Virus record (IMG/VR): IMGVR_UViG_3300017963_000282
Coordinates: 41-64,040 of that record
DNA: 64,000 nt
Source of the DNA: a virus
Taxonomy: Duplodnaviria > Caudoviricetes
Reading direction: 5' to 3' (one strand)
Below, in pieces: positions 55,586 through 63,797 of the stretch; the stretch's first letter is position 1, and the number at the start of each line of letters is the position of its first letter. Below the pieces are notes generated by a model. The model searched no databases, was not told the origin of the DNA, and saw only the letters and a program-made list of their open reading frames with translations. The translations under genes were made by a program, and so were the position numbers.

Positions 55586-56330
55586 TACCGGAATAGTGGC
55601 TGGAATATTTGGATTGATATTACTATGTGGTTTATGTATTTTTGGTTGGTTTGTGGTGCAAAAATTAACTGATTTGGCCAATACTCTAAAGGAAACACAA
55701 TCTGAAAAAATAAAAAAACAAACTGAAGAAGAATCGTTTAAATCTCAACAAATTACATATAAAGTACGGCGGGGTGACTGGCTTTCACTCATTGGATCAA
55801 AATTTAATGTTGATTGGAAAGAAATTGCAAAATTAAATAACTTAGTTGCCCCATATATTCTTCATGTCGGACAAATTTTAATTATCCCTGGCATTAACCC
55901 GGAACAAATTCAACACTATATTCAGATTCTAAAACCTAATATTGAGACCATTAAAAAAGTTAAATTAGCTAATTACTACGCTTTTTTATGTAATAAATAT
56001 AAATTAAATCCAAAAGTATTTGTTTCAATTGCCTATCAAGAAAATTCATTTCATTATAGTGGAATATCGGGAAATGATATTGGGCACATGCAATTGAATT
56101 ATTATTGGCAATTTGTAAAAAACGGTAGGGCTGAAAAATATACAATTGAAGAAATTAACACAAATTGGAAATTAAATGCTGAATTGGCGGCGCAATATTT
56201 GATTGAGTGTGGAAAAAGACATCCAAGAAAAAATCCACTTCCGAGTTGGGTATGTTATAATTCTAAAACATTGGAAAATCAAGAAATTTATTTCCAGAGT
56301 GTTGCCCGGCATATTGGGAGATTAACATGA
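55575..56330 (+). CDS. Membrane-anchored LysM + lytic transglycosylase (SLT) protein
   Basis: TM; YKVRRGDWLS.I..KFNV....IAKLNNL.....VGQ.L.IP; SIAYQENSF (catalytic Glu), GHMQLN, YNS. Confidence 0.85.
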   Translation: MKSNTGIVAGIFGLILLCGLCIFGWFVVQKLTDLANTLKETQSEKIKKQTEEESFKSQQITYKVRRGDWLSLIGSKFNVDWKEIAKLNNLVAPYILHVGQILIIPGINPEQIQHYIQILKPNIETIKKVKLANYYAFLCNKYKLNPKVFVSIAYQENSFHYSGISGNDIGHMQLNYYWQFVKNGRAEKYTIEEINTNWKLNAELAAQYLIECGKRHPRKNPLPSWVCYNSKTLENQEIYFQSVARHIGRLT

Positions 56331-56563
56331 AAGTAAATAGATTGGAATACGAGACAGCTTGTGAAGTGCCAAATGGCCAGAATAAACTTACTTCTTTGAA
56401 CTTAGAAGTGGAGTTGGATAAACAAACGATTTTTCAATGGAGAGACCGTTTTATCCATTTTACTGAAGAACAAGAGATTGAATCGGTGTCTTTGGAATTG
56501 ATACCCCATTTAGATGCGCCCCCTAAGATAACAATTAAAACCAAAATACACTATAGAAAATAA
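56327..56563 (+). CDS. Hypothetical protein
   Basis: ATGA overlap, GGGAG RBS. Confidence 0.55.
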   Translation: MKVNRLEYETACEVPNGQNKLTSLNLEVELDKQTIFQWRDRFIHFTEEQEIESVSLELIPHLDAPPKITIKTKIHYRK

Positions 56564-56565
56564 TC

Positions 56566-56662
56566 AGGGACTCCCATAGTATGAATCCCATGTTCCATCG
56601 TTTTTTAAGGGGTTTTGCTGTTTTTACCCTTTTTTGGATTTAGTTATGGGAGTCCTCTTTTT
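56566..56662 (+). terminator. Long structured element / terminator with a large internal region
   Basis: GGGACUCCCAUAG pairs with UUAUGGGAGUCCU; inner GAAUCC/GGAUUU and AAGGGG/CCCUUU; U-tract follows. Confidence 0.55.
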
Positions 56663-56679
56663 ATATTGGAGGAATATTT

Positions 56680-56865
56680 ATGCAACCCAAACGTCCCCCT
56701 TCTTGGGATAATGATATTGATGAAGAGTGGTTTGAGGATTTGGATATTGCTGATGATCCATCCACTGATCCCGGCATCATTGATGATTTAGAGGATGTGG
56801 ATGATGAGCTGGAAATTTGGGATGAAATCGAAGATTATGATGAAGATGATGATGATTTTTTATGA
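56680..56865 (+). CDS. Highly acidic small protein
   Basis: GGAGG RBS; 29 of 61 residues are Asp/Glu. Confidence 0.7.
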   Translation: MQPKRPPSWDNDIDEEWFEDLDIADDPSTDPGIIDDLEDVDDELEIWDEIEDYDEDDDDFL

Positions 56866-56888
56866 TATTGGGGGTGTTAATTTTCTAC

Positions 56889-56917
56889 TAGACAAATATG
56901 GCAAAATTTGGTACTCT
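56889..56917 (+). promoter_or_regulatory. Sigma70-type promoter
   Basis: TAGACA-17-TACTCT with TG extension, in the gap before a run of coupled genes. Confidence 0.55.
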
Positions 56918-56945
56918 GGGAGAAGAGATATGAAGGAAAGAGTTT

Positions 56946-57173
56946 ATGAGGGACAGCGAAAAAAAAGCCCAGAGAATTGTAGAAAATATAATCGAAGATT
57001 TGACTGTTAATTATCGTTGGTTTACAAGAGGTTGGCGACGTTTAACTTCACAGCAACAAGAAGATTTAGCTAAAATTTGGCAAAATCTGGTGATTATGGA
57101 GTTAGAAGATCCGGCCAGCATATTTCCCTATGGCTACACAGGACCAAAAGAAATTCGACAAACACAGAACTAG
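56946..57173 (+). CDS. Hypothetical protein
   Basis: First gene after the promoter. Confidence 0.6.
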   Translation: MRDSEKKAQRIVENIIEDLTVNYRWFTRGWRRLTSQQQEDLAKIWQNLVIMELEDPASIFPYGYTGPKEIRQTQN

Positions 57174-57360
57174 AGTAATTGTCATGAATCCAGCTGAATT
57201 TATGCGCCGTCAAAAATTATTTGCTACTGAGACGAGAAAAGGCGGTCTTTTTGATCCGGTTCAACAGCTCTATTGGTGGCATGGTTGTCAAGTATTGGTG
57301 GATAGAAACTTGCCGGATGGAATTTTGGAAATACGCCCCAAATTCAGGAGAATTATATGA
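57130..57360 (+). CDS. Small protein resembling an isolated capsid A-domain
   Basis: VIVMNPAEF...WHGCQVLVDRNLPDGILEI. The fold call is inference. Confidence 0.5.
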   Translation: MATQDQKKFDKHRTRVIVMNPAEFMRRQKLFATETRKGGLFDPVQQLYWWHGCQVLVDRNLPDGILEIRPKFRRII

Positions 57361-57626
57361 AACAAAAAATTTGGCAAAAACGTTTTTTGGAGCTGAAACC
57401 AAAATTACAAGAACTAAAAAATTCTTATGAAACTTTATTTCAGCAATTTGAATCTTATAAAAAAGAAGCCAAAGCTGAAATAGCTGCTTATCGGGCAGAA
57501 AATGAGTTATTCCGAAAACGGTTAAATGAAAATCATTTACCAACCCATACAGACGAACTAGCTGCACAGGAAAGTAAGAAAAGTGATATCCCCCCAAGCC
57601 AAATTATTGAAGAAAATAAAACATAG
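57357..57626 (+). CDS. Hypothetical coiled-coil protein
   Basis: AGGAG RBS; ATGA overlap. Confidence 0.6.
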   Translation: MKQKIWQKRFLELKPKLQELKNSYETLFQQFESYKKEAKAEIAAYRAENELFRKRLNENHLPTHTDELAAQESKKSDIPPSQIIEENKT

Positions 57627-57795
57627 TCTTCATGATCTGCGCTATAAAGTAGATTCGATTGAGGCTATGTTGCATGATGTGCCAATCGAAAGATTGGAGG
57701 ATTTTCTTTTTTATTTAGAAGCGGCGTGGGATGTTCCGGGATTAACCGCAGGACCGATTAAAAGAAAGAAAAAACGTGGGCATTTTATTAGATAA
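57583..57795 (+). CDS. Hypothetical protein
   Basis: Packed in operon; start uncertain. Confidence 0.45.
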   Translation: MISPQAKLLKKIKHSLHDLRYKVDSIEAMLHDVPIERLEDFLFYLEAAWDVPGLTAGPIKRKKKRGHFIR

Positions 57796-57973
57796 TCATT
57801 TAAAAGCATTACATCTGAAACAAGCTGCCAAGCGAAAAATTCAGGTGAATTTGGATGCATTATGGAGATTGGTGCATTGTAGTGATGAACGCTTACTCAC
57901 AATGGAGTTTTTGGATAAAATCAATACTATTATTTTGAGTTTATGTAATAAATTTGAAAAGTTAAAAAAATGA
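57776..57973 (+). CDS. Hypothetical protein
   Basis: Packed in operon; ATGA overlap with the next gene. Confidence 0.45.
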   Translation: MGILLDNHLKALHLKQAAKRKIQVNLDALWRLVHCSDERLLTMEFLDKINTIILSLCNKFEKLKK

Positions 57974-58851
57974 GTTTACATATTATTGATGGCAATCAAT
58001 CAATTTCCACATTAAACTACAGTCTGAATTACGGTGTTTGTGCTTGGGAAGGTATTCGAACTTATTGGGGTAAACCATTATTTTTAAAAGCCCATATAGA
58101 ACGTTTATATAGAAATGTAGAAGAATTAAAGATTTTAAATTATGATTTTGATCTCCTGAGAGATGAAACACGAATTCGTCAATTTATAGAAGCCCACCAT
58201 ATAACTATAACATTTGGGAATTTTGGTTATTTAAGACCTATTATTTATACGGATGTTACGGAAAAAACTCTGCCTAAAGATGGTTTTCCAGCTAAATTGG
58301 ATATTCATTATATGCCGGTACAATCCACTTTAAACGGCCTGTCAAAATTTATAAATATGGGATTTAATTTTTCAAAAGATTTCATTCGAAATCGTAATCA
58401 TGATAAATTTTTGAAAATTTCTCCCAATTATTGGCGTGTGGACCGAGCCAAATATTTATTGCCCATAGAGGTGGATGAAGTATTATTTCATGATGGCCGG
58501 TATGTGATTGAAGGAGGATTTTCTACTCTTTTTGCGGTAGATAAAAGCGGACAAATTCTTACTCCAGAACTGTCGGCCAATTTTTTATTGGAGGGCATTA
58601 CTAGAAAATGGATACTGGATGAGTTTAAAGTAAAGCAAATTAGAGGATTTCCGCTGAATATGGGGTACTTTGAAGATAATATTACTGAATTATTTATAGC
58701 GGGAACCCATGCTGAAATAAAATCTGTAAAGAATTTATGGTATGCCAATGAAAATATTCAAGCCGCTGCTAAAATTGGAAATGGTACCACTCCCATAGCT
58801 GATGATATTCGAGAACGATATTTTGATTATATATGGAAGGTATGTAAATGA
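57970..58851 (+). CDS. PLP-dependent class IV aminotransferase (IlvE/Dat/PabC family)
   Basis: YG...WEGIRTY, HIERLY, YLRP, K..PNY (PLP lysine), EGGFSTLF, LEGITR, ELFIAGT.AEI. Confidence 0.88.
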   Translation: MSLHIIDGNQSISTLNYSLNYGVCAWEGIRTYWGKPLFLKAHIERLYRNVEELKILNYDFDLLRDETRIRQFIEAHHITITFGNFGYLRPIIYTDVTEKTLPKDGFPAKLDIHYMPVQSTLNGLSKFINMGFNFSKDFIRNRNHDKFLKISPNYWRVDRAKYLLPIEVDEVLFHDGRYVIEGGFSTLFAVDKSGQILTPELSANFLLEGITRKWILDEFKVKQIRGFPLNMGYFEDNITELFIAGTHAEIKSVKNLWYANENIQAAAKIGNGTTPIADDIRERYFDYIWKVCK

Positions 58852-59171
58852 ATAGAAATCAATTAGATAGAATGATTCAGCATTTTACCGCTATTTATCA
58901 CACCAAACCAGTAGAAATTCGTACTAATACGAATACCTTTGGTGATTTATTTTATAACCAAAAACCGGGCCAAAAAAATAAATTTGGTTGTATTACTTAT
59001 AAACATGCCAATCAATCCGTGGCCACCTATGATGGAATTGTGTATCTACGTAATGATAAATTAGGCTATAATGAAGTCGAATTAGTGAGTCCGCCCCATG
59101 CGGCCAAATATTTTGCCGATTCTTTTAATGACGGTCCTATTGTCGAGGTGAAAAATGCCATCAAAAATTGA
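58848..59171 (+). CDS. Small protein, possibly capsid-A-domain-like
   Basis: KPVEIRTNTNTFGDL...TYDGIVYLRNDKLGYNEVEL. The fold call is inference. Confidence 0.45.
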   Translation: MNRNQLDRMIQHFTAIYHTKPVEIRTNTNTFGDLFYNQKPGQKNKFGCITYKHANQSVATYDGIVYLRNDKLGYNEVELVSPPHAAKYFADSFNDGPIVEVKNAIKN

Positions 59172-59466
59172 CCCTAAACAACTACTGACTAATATCAATG
59201 AAGCTTTGGTAAAACAAGTGCTTAAAATCATTGGAACTTTTATGATAAATCATGTCGGTACTTTGGAAGATGATATGGCTGATCTATTAGCTGATTGTAA
59301 AGAACAAAAATTACAACAAGATCCGAAAACCTATGAACAATACGATCATGAAGATTGGAGCGAAAAAGATAGAGATTACGCATATTTAGAAGGCAGGTTG
59401 GTTTCGTATCAATCTATTTCTGATGAAATCCGTAGGTTTATGGCTCAACTGGACATCATTGTATGA
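59155..59466 (+). CDS. Hypothetical protein
   Basis: GAGGTG RBS. Confidence 0.6.
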   Translation: MPSKIDPKQLLTNINEALVKQVLKIIGTFMINHVGTLEDDMADLLADCKEQKLQQDPKTYEQYDHEDWSEKDRDYAYLEGRLVSYQSISDEIRRFMAQLDIIV

Positions 59467-59795
59467 CAGACAATAAGGATTTTTGGGATAAATTAGATTT
59501 GACTCCTGTGCCAGAATGCTTTAATATAGAGAGAGCAACTGAGCTTTTAGGTGAAAAATATTTAGATATGGCTCTGTTCACCCATAAGGCTGGTGCCCCA
59601 TCAATGGATGCGTTGGTGGGTAAAATGACTGAATTACAACGTGCTTCATTTATCTATGGTACGGCGGTCGGTGAATTTCGATTAGCCGGTTTGGTGTTTG
59701 CGGAAATTGCGGGCCGGCACCCAAACCAAAAAGATTTTGATAGGGGTGTAAAAACAGTACGTGAAAAAAGAAGAAAGGAGAAAAACGATGGATGA
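59463..59795 (+). CDS. Hypothetical protein
   Basis: ATGA overlap. Confidence 0.6.
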   Translation: MTDNKDFWDKLDLTPVPECFNIERATELLGEKYLDMALFTHKAGAPSMDALVGKMTELQRASFIYGTAVGEFRLAGLVFAEIAGRHPNQKDFDRGVKTVREKRRKEKNDG

Positions 59796-60009
59796 TAGTT
59801 TTGCTAATTATTTAAACAGCAAAATTGAGTATTGGGATTCTACCTATAAAAGAGCTATGCAGGAACCACCAAAACGATTACAAAGTTTTCGAGCAGCTGC
59901 TAAATTAGGTAGTTTGCGCAATACACGGGATGTATATTTAAGTTTACAACGAGGATCAAATAATGAAAAAACCGTTATTAAAATCACTCAGAGAATTTCT
60001 TGTAAATGA
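59761..60009 (+). CDS. Hypothetical protein (true start probably MDDSF)
   Basis: AAGGAG precedes the internal ATG. Confidence 0.55.
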   Translation: MKKEERRKTMDDSFANYLNSKIEYWDSTYKRAMQEPPKRLQSFRAAAKLGSLRNTRDVYLSLQRGSNNEKTVIKITQRISCK

Positions 60010-60202
60010 ATTAACTGAGGATGGTAAAGCTTTAATTGTAATGCCGGCTGATTATGAATCTGATGGCCTTTATTTGTTAGATTGCCGTTTGGTTTATCTT
60101 TTGATGCATTTAATAGGGCGTAGTTTGTCCTTTGAGGATTTTGATGAAATGATGGGGCAAATTATCATTGAAATGGCTATTGAAAAAGGATTTCTGGAAT
60201 GA
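59963..60202 (+). CDS. Hypothetical protein
   Basis: GAGGA RBS; ATGA overlap with Fic. Confidence 0.55.
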   Translation: MKKPLLKSLREFLVNELTEDGKALIVMPADYESDGLYLLDCRLVYLLMHLIGRSLSFEDFDEMMGQIIIEMAIEKGFLE

Positions 60203-60906
60203 AAAATATAATTCGTTATCCAATCTGTGATTTAGCCTCATTCATAATGAATTCCAATAAAATAGAAAATATCAATTATTCTTATCAAGATACTGAAAAT
60301 GTTATCAAGGAATGGCACCGCCTTATTGATCCGGTGGAACGGCAAATGTTTGAACAAACTACGCCTTGTTATATAATTCAACATTACAAAGCTTTGCATT
60401 GGGCCTTACAAACTTGTAGTGTTATGACTTGGGATCAAATTTTAAAAATGCATCAAATTTTAATGAAAGGTCAATTAGGTCCCCATGAGGCCGGTTTACC
60501 AAGACGAGTACAAGTATATATCGGAGAACATATTCCTCCAGCTCCGGGCGAAGAGTTAATGGCCGCCATACAAAAATTTATCCGGTGGATGGAACAAAAT
60601 TTAATTTTAAGTAAATCTAAAATAAGACGATTACGAGTACAAACAAATTTGAATCGGGGGTTGTACATACAAGTTTATGAGGCTCATTGTCGCTTTGAGA
60701 GTTTACATCCATTTTTAGATGGGAATGGGCGTTCGGGACGTATTTTTTGGTTATCTCTTTTACATTATTATGGTTTTGAATTCAATGAGATAGATATTAT
60801 GGATAGATGGGACTACTATAGATCCTTAAATCAATTCCATCAGTGGGAAAAAATAAAAGATGTTACTTGGTTTCCGCCGAGATTGTATGCTGGAGAAAAT
60901 TCATGA
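60199..60906 (+). CDS. Fic-domain protein (predicted active AMPylase)
   Basis: Canonical HPFLDGNGRSGR; N-terminal NSNKIEN; G..RRVQVYIG.H.PP. Confidence 0.92.
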   Translation: MKNIIRYPICDLASFIMNSNKIENINYSYQDTENVIKEWHRLIDPVERQMFEQTTPCYIIQHYKALHWALQTCSVMTWDQILKMHQILMKGQLGPHEAGLPRRVQVYIGEHIPPAPGEELMAAIQKFIRWMEQNLILSKSKIRRLRVQTNLNRGLYIQVYEAHCRFESLHPFLDGNGRSGRIFWLSLLHYYGFEFNEIDIMDRWDYYRSLNQFHQWEKIKDVTWFPPRLYAGENS

Positions 60907-61544
60907 GCCAATATCATAAAATTCAATCTGCGTACAAAAGAGATCCGGAAACAAAATTTTCTACGTTATTGGAAGGTGAGTATTCAGAACCGGAATTTGA
61001 GTTGTTAAAAGACTGCCTTTGGACTTTTACAGAAAAAGTGGATGGAACGAATATACGTGTGTATTGGAACGGCGTAGCCGTTCGGTTTGAGGGCCGCACG
61101 GAAAAAGCTAAAATTCCACCGTTTCTATTGGAAGCTTTAAAGCAAATATTTCCGGAAGACCAATTAAAGAAAGTATTTCCTGATTGTAATGAAGAAAAAG
61201 AAATAATTCTTTATGGTGAAGGATATGGAAATAAAATCCAAAAAGTCGGTAAAAAATATTTACCAAATAGCCAAGGATTCATTCTTTTTGACGTAAAAGT
61301 TGGCCATATCTGGCTCACACGAACAGCAGTAGACTTATTAGCGGAACAATTGAATGTGCCAGCAGTACCTATAATTGGAGTCGGCACCCTCGATGTAATG
61401 GTGGAAATGGTGCGAAATGGTTTTAAATCCAAACTAGGTGATATGGAAGCGGAAGGAATTGTGGCCCGCCCTGCAATTGAGCTGCGTAATCGAATGGGTC
61501 AGCGTATTATTACCAAGATTAAAGCGAAAGATTTTAAAAAATGA
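60903..61544 (+). CDS. ATP-dependent RNA ligase (Rnl2-like nucleotidyltransferase domain)
   Basis: Start ATG 60903 after GGAG; YHKI, TEKVDGTN, LYGEGYG, FILFDV, EGIVARP, KIK. Confidence 0.88.
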   Translation: MSQYHKIQSAYKRDPETKFSTLLEGEYSEPEFELLKDCLWTFTEKVDGTNIRVYWNGVAVRFEGRTEKAKIPPFLLEALKQIFPEDQLKKVFPDCNEEKEIILYGEGYGNKIQKVGKKYLPNSQGFILFDVKVGHIWLTRTAVDLLAEQLNVPAVPIIGVGTLDVMVEMVRNGFKSKLGDMEAEGIVARPAIELRNRMGQRIITKIKAKDFKK

Positions 61545-61801
61545 ACGAATTCCAAAAGGAAATGCAAAAAAATATTATCGCGCTTTATAAAACAAAACAA
61601 GATATGTTAGAAAATCATGTTCGGGAAGGGTGTATTTATTGTAAGAAAAAAGCAATTGAGATTAAAGAATTTCAAGATCAACCGGGAGTGGAATACATGA
61701 TTTTTGCTTGCGGCTCGATGCTGAAAATAACTGAAAAACGTCATACTGAAAAGCATTCCTTTACGATGACTTGGGATAGAACTTTCTTACGGAAATGTTA
61801 A
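61541..61801 (+). CDS. Hypothetical protein with CxxC
   Basis: ATGA overlap; CIYC...CG. Confidence 0.5.
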   Translation: MNEFQKEMQKNIIALYKTKQDMLENHVREGCIYCKKKAIEIKEFQDQPGVEYMIFACGSMLKITEKRHTEKHSFTMTWDRTFLRKC

Positions 61802-61802
61802 A

Positions 61803-62378
61803 ATGCATAATATTTGGTTTACAGCCGATCAACATTTTTGGCATAAGTCGATTATTCGACATTGTAATCGCCCATTTCCGTTCCTAACTCAGATGCACAG
61901 AGCCTTAATTGATAATTTTAATGCGGTAGTGACTAATAAAGATCATATTTATCATCTAGGTGATTTTGCCTTTATAAATAATGTTCCGATGGTGAAAAAA
62001 ATTTTTAAAGAGCTTAACGGTAAAAAACATTATATTATTCCTGGAAATCATGATCGTTGGCTTCGAAAATTAAAACGGGAGGGGGAGTCTATTTATCGAT
62101 TAGAGATTTTAGAACCCATACATGAATTAAAATGGGAAGGACAACGAATCACTCTTTGCCACTATGCTATGCTTACCTGGCCTGCGGCGCATCGTGGCAG
62201 TTGGTGTTTATATGGTCACTCACACGGAAATCTTAAACCAGAGAAAGGACGACTTATGGATGTGGGAGTGGACTCGCATAATTTTTATCCTATTAGTTTT
62301 AACCAAGTAAAAGAATATATGGCCACCCGCATACCCTGGGAGGTGGACCACCATAGAGAGGAAAAAGGCAATGGCTAG
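61803..62378 (+). CDS. Calcineurin-like metallophosphoesterase
   Basis: WFTADQHFWH, HLGDF, GNHD, LCHY, LYGHSH, DVGVD. Confidence 0.92.
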   Translation: MHNIWFTADQHFWHKSIIRHCNRPFPFLTQMHRALIDNFNAVVTNKDHIYHLGDFAFINNVPMVKKIFKELNGKKHYIIPGNHDRWLRKLKREGESIYRLEILEPIHELKWEGQRITLCHYAMLTWPAAHRGSWCLYGHSHGNLKPEKGRLMDVGVDSHNFYPISFNQVKEYMATRIPWEVDHHREEKGNG

Positions 62379-62937
62379 AATCATTAGAAAAGGGGATGGG
62401 GCTAATGTCCCGCTTGATTTTGGAGTGCCTCCTGGATATACCATTTATTTATCCGGTGGCATGGAATATTCATCTGATTATGGAATGGGTTGGAGAGATA
62501 AAATTGTACAAGAGCTTTCTGAGACCGGTTTTAAATTTTATAATCCTTGCGAAGAAGAAAAACCTATTTTAAAGCACCATGGAGTAAAAGATCCAACTGA
62601 GCTCTTTAAAATGAAAACATGGAAAGATTTACCAAAAGCAGTAAGCGTGGTCAAGGATTTTTTGATTAAAGATAGAAATGTTATTTATCAATGTAACGCT
62701 CTGATAGTATATTACGACAAATCTACGCAGCTGGGTGGTGGTACTGCAATGGAACAAGCCTGGGCGAATGAGGGAGTGAATGAACAGCGGCCCATTTTCT
62801 TTGTCATGGGTATTGGATTTGAACTCAAGAATGTTTCATTATCCATGTTGGCCATGTCTGATTACATTTTTGAGGATTTAAAAGACTGCATTATTTATTT
62901 AAAAAGAGCGAGGGAACTTTATGACCATGTTACCTAA
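62371..62937 (+). CDS. Nucleoside 2'-deoxyribosyltransferase-like / dNMP N-glycosidase family protein
   Basis: IYLSGGM...WR...FYNP...D...I..C.ALIVY.D...GGTAME (catalytic Glu)...PIF. Confidence 0.8.
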   Translation: MARIIRKGDGANVPLDFGVPPGYTIYLSGGMEYSSDYGMGWRDKIVQELSETGFKFYNPCEEEKPILKHHGVKDPTELFKMKTWKDLPKAVSVVKDFLIKDRNVIYQCNALIVYYDKSTQLGGGTAMEQAWANEGVNEQRPIFFVMGIGFELKNVSLSMLAMSDYIFEDLKDCIIYLKRARELYDHVT

Positions 62938-63571
62938 AGATGTATTATCGAAAATTGACTTTGCTAGATTAGATCCGTGCCACTCTCTTTTACATATTCA
63001 AAAAGCTTGCAATTTAGCTTTGGATGTTGGCTTTCGTGGAGTATGTGTTCATCCAAAATTTATTGGCGTTACGAAATTTATGTTGGAAAATAGCACAATC
63101 AAAACTATTAGTGTGGTGGATTTTCCCCATGGTGGTAGGAATACTTCCATGCGCCTAAAGGACGTGATGGCTTTTCATGATTTAGGTGCCGATGAACTAG
63201 ATATTGTTATGAATATCAGTGAAGCGAAAGCTGGAAATTGGAATCAAGTGTATGATGATTTAGTAGTGGTCGTAAAAGCAAGTTATGTGCCCGTCAAAAT
63301 TATTGTGGAAACTGATCTTTTAGTTGAAGATGAAAAAATTAAAGCTGCGGAAGTTGTGCTGCAAAGTGGCGCCCAATATCTTAAAACTGGAACTGGAACG
63401 GTAAAAAATGGATTAGGTGCGTCCATTAGTGATATCAGATTATTTGCCGAAATCCTTGGGGATCATTGCGGCATTAAAGCCAGCGGTGGAATCAATAGTC
63501 GTCGCCAAGTATTTGATTTACTCGGATCTGGGGCTACAATTATTGGAACTTCTGGAATTTGGGATATGTAA
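62921..63571 (+). CDS. deoC: Deoxyribose-phosphate aldolase
   Basis: GVCVHP, VVDFPHG, GADELDIVMN, VKIIVET, YLKTGTG (Schiff-base Lys), IKASGGI, GATIIGTS. Confidence 0.93.
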   Translation: MTMLPKDVLSKIDFARLDPCHSLLHIQKACNLALDVGFRGVCVHPKFIGVTKFMLENSTIKTISVVDFPHGGRNTSMRLKDVMAFHDLGADELDIVMNISEAKAGNWNQVYDDLVVVVKASYVPVKIIVETDLLVEDEKIKAAEVVLQSGAQYLKTGTGTVKNGLGASISDIRLFAEILGDHCGIKASGGINSRRQVFDLLGSGATIIGTSGIWDM

Positions 63572-63572
63572 A

Positions 63573-63767
63573 ATGGCGGTTAATTTTAGAGAAGATGAAG
63601 TAAATGTTGAATGTGATATTTGCGGCGTATTTTTAATTGGCCTGTCAAAAAAGAATTTAACTGTACAAGAGGCTGTCGATTTTGCAAATCGTTACCGTGG
63701 ATCAATATTTTGCAAGAAATGTGATACAATTCCAGAAAAAATTCCGGAAAACGAAACTTTACATTAG
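63573..63767 (+). CDS. Small zinc-finger-like protein
   Basis: Start at ATG 63573 (MAVNF); CDIC...CKKC. Confidence 0.6.
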   Translation: MAVNFREDEVNVECDICGVFLIGLSKKNLTVQEAVDFANRYRGSIFCKKCDTIPEKIPENETLH

Positions 63768-63797
63768 GATAATTTATGACGGATAGAGAATTAGCAT

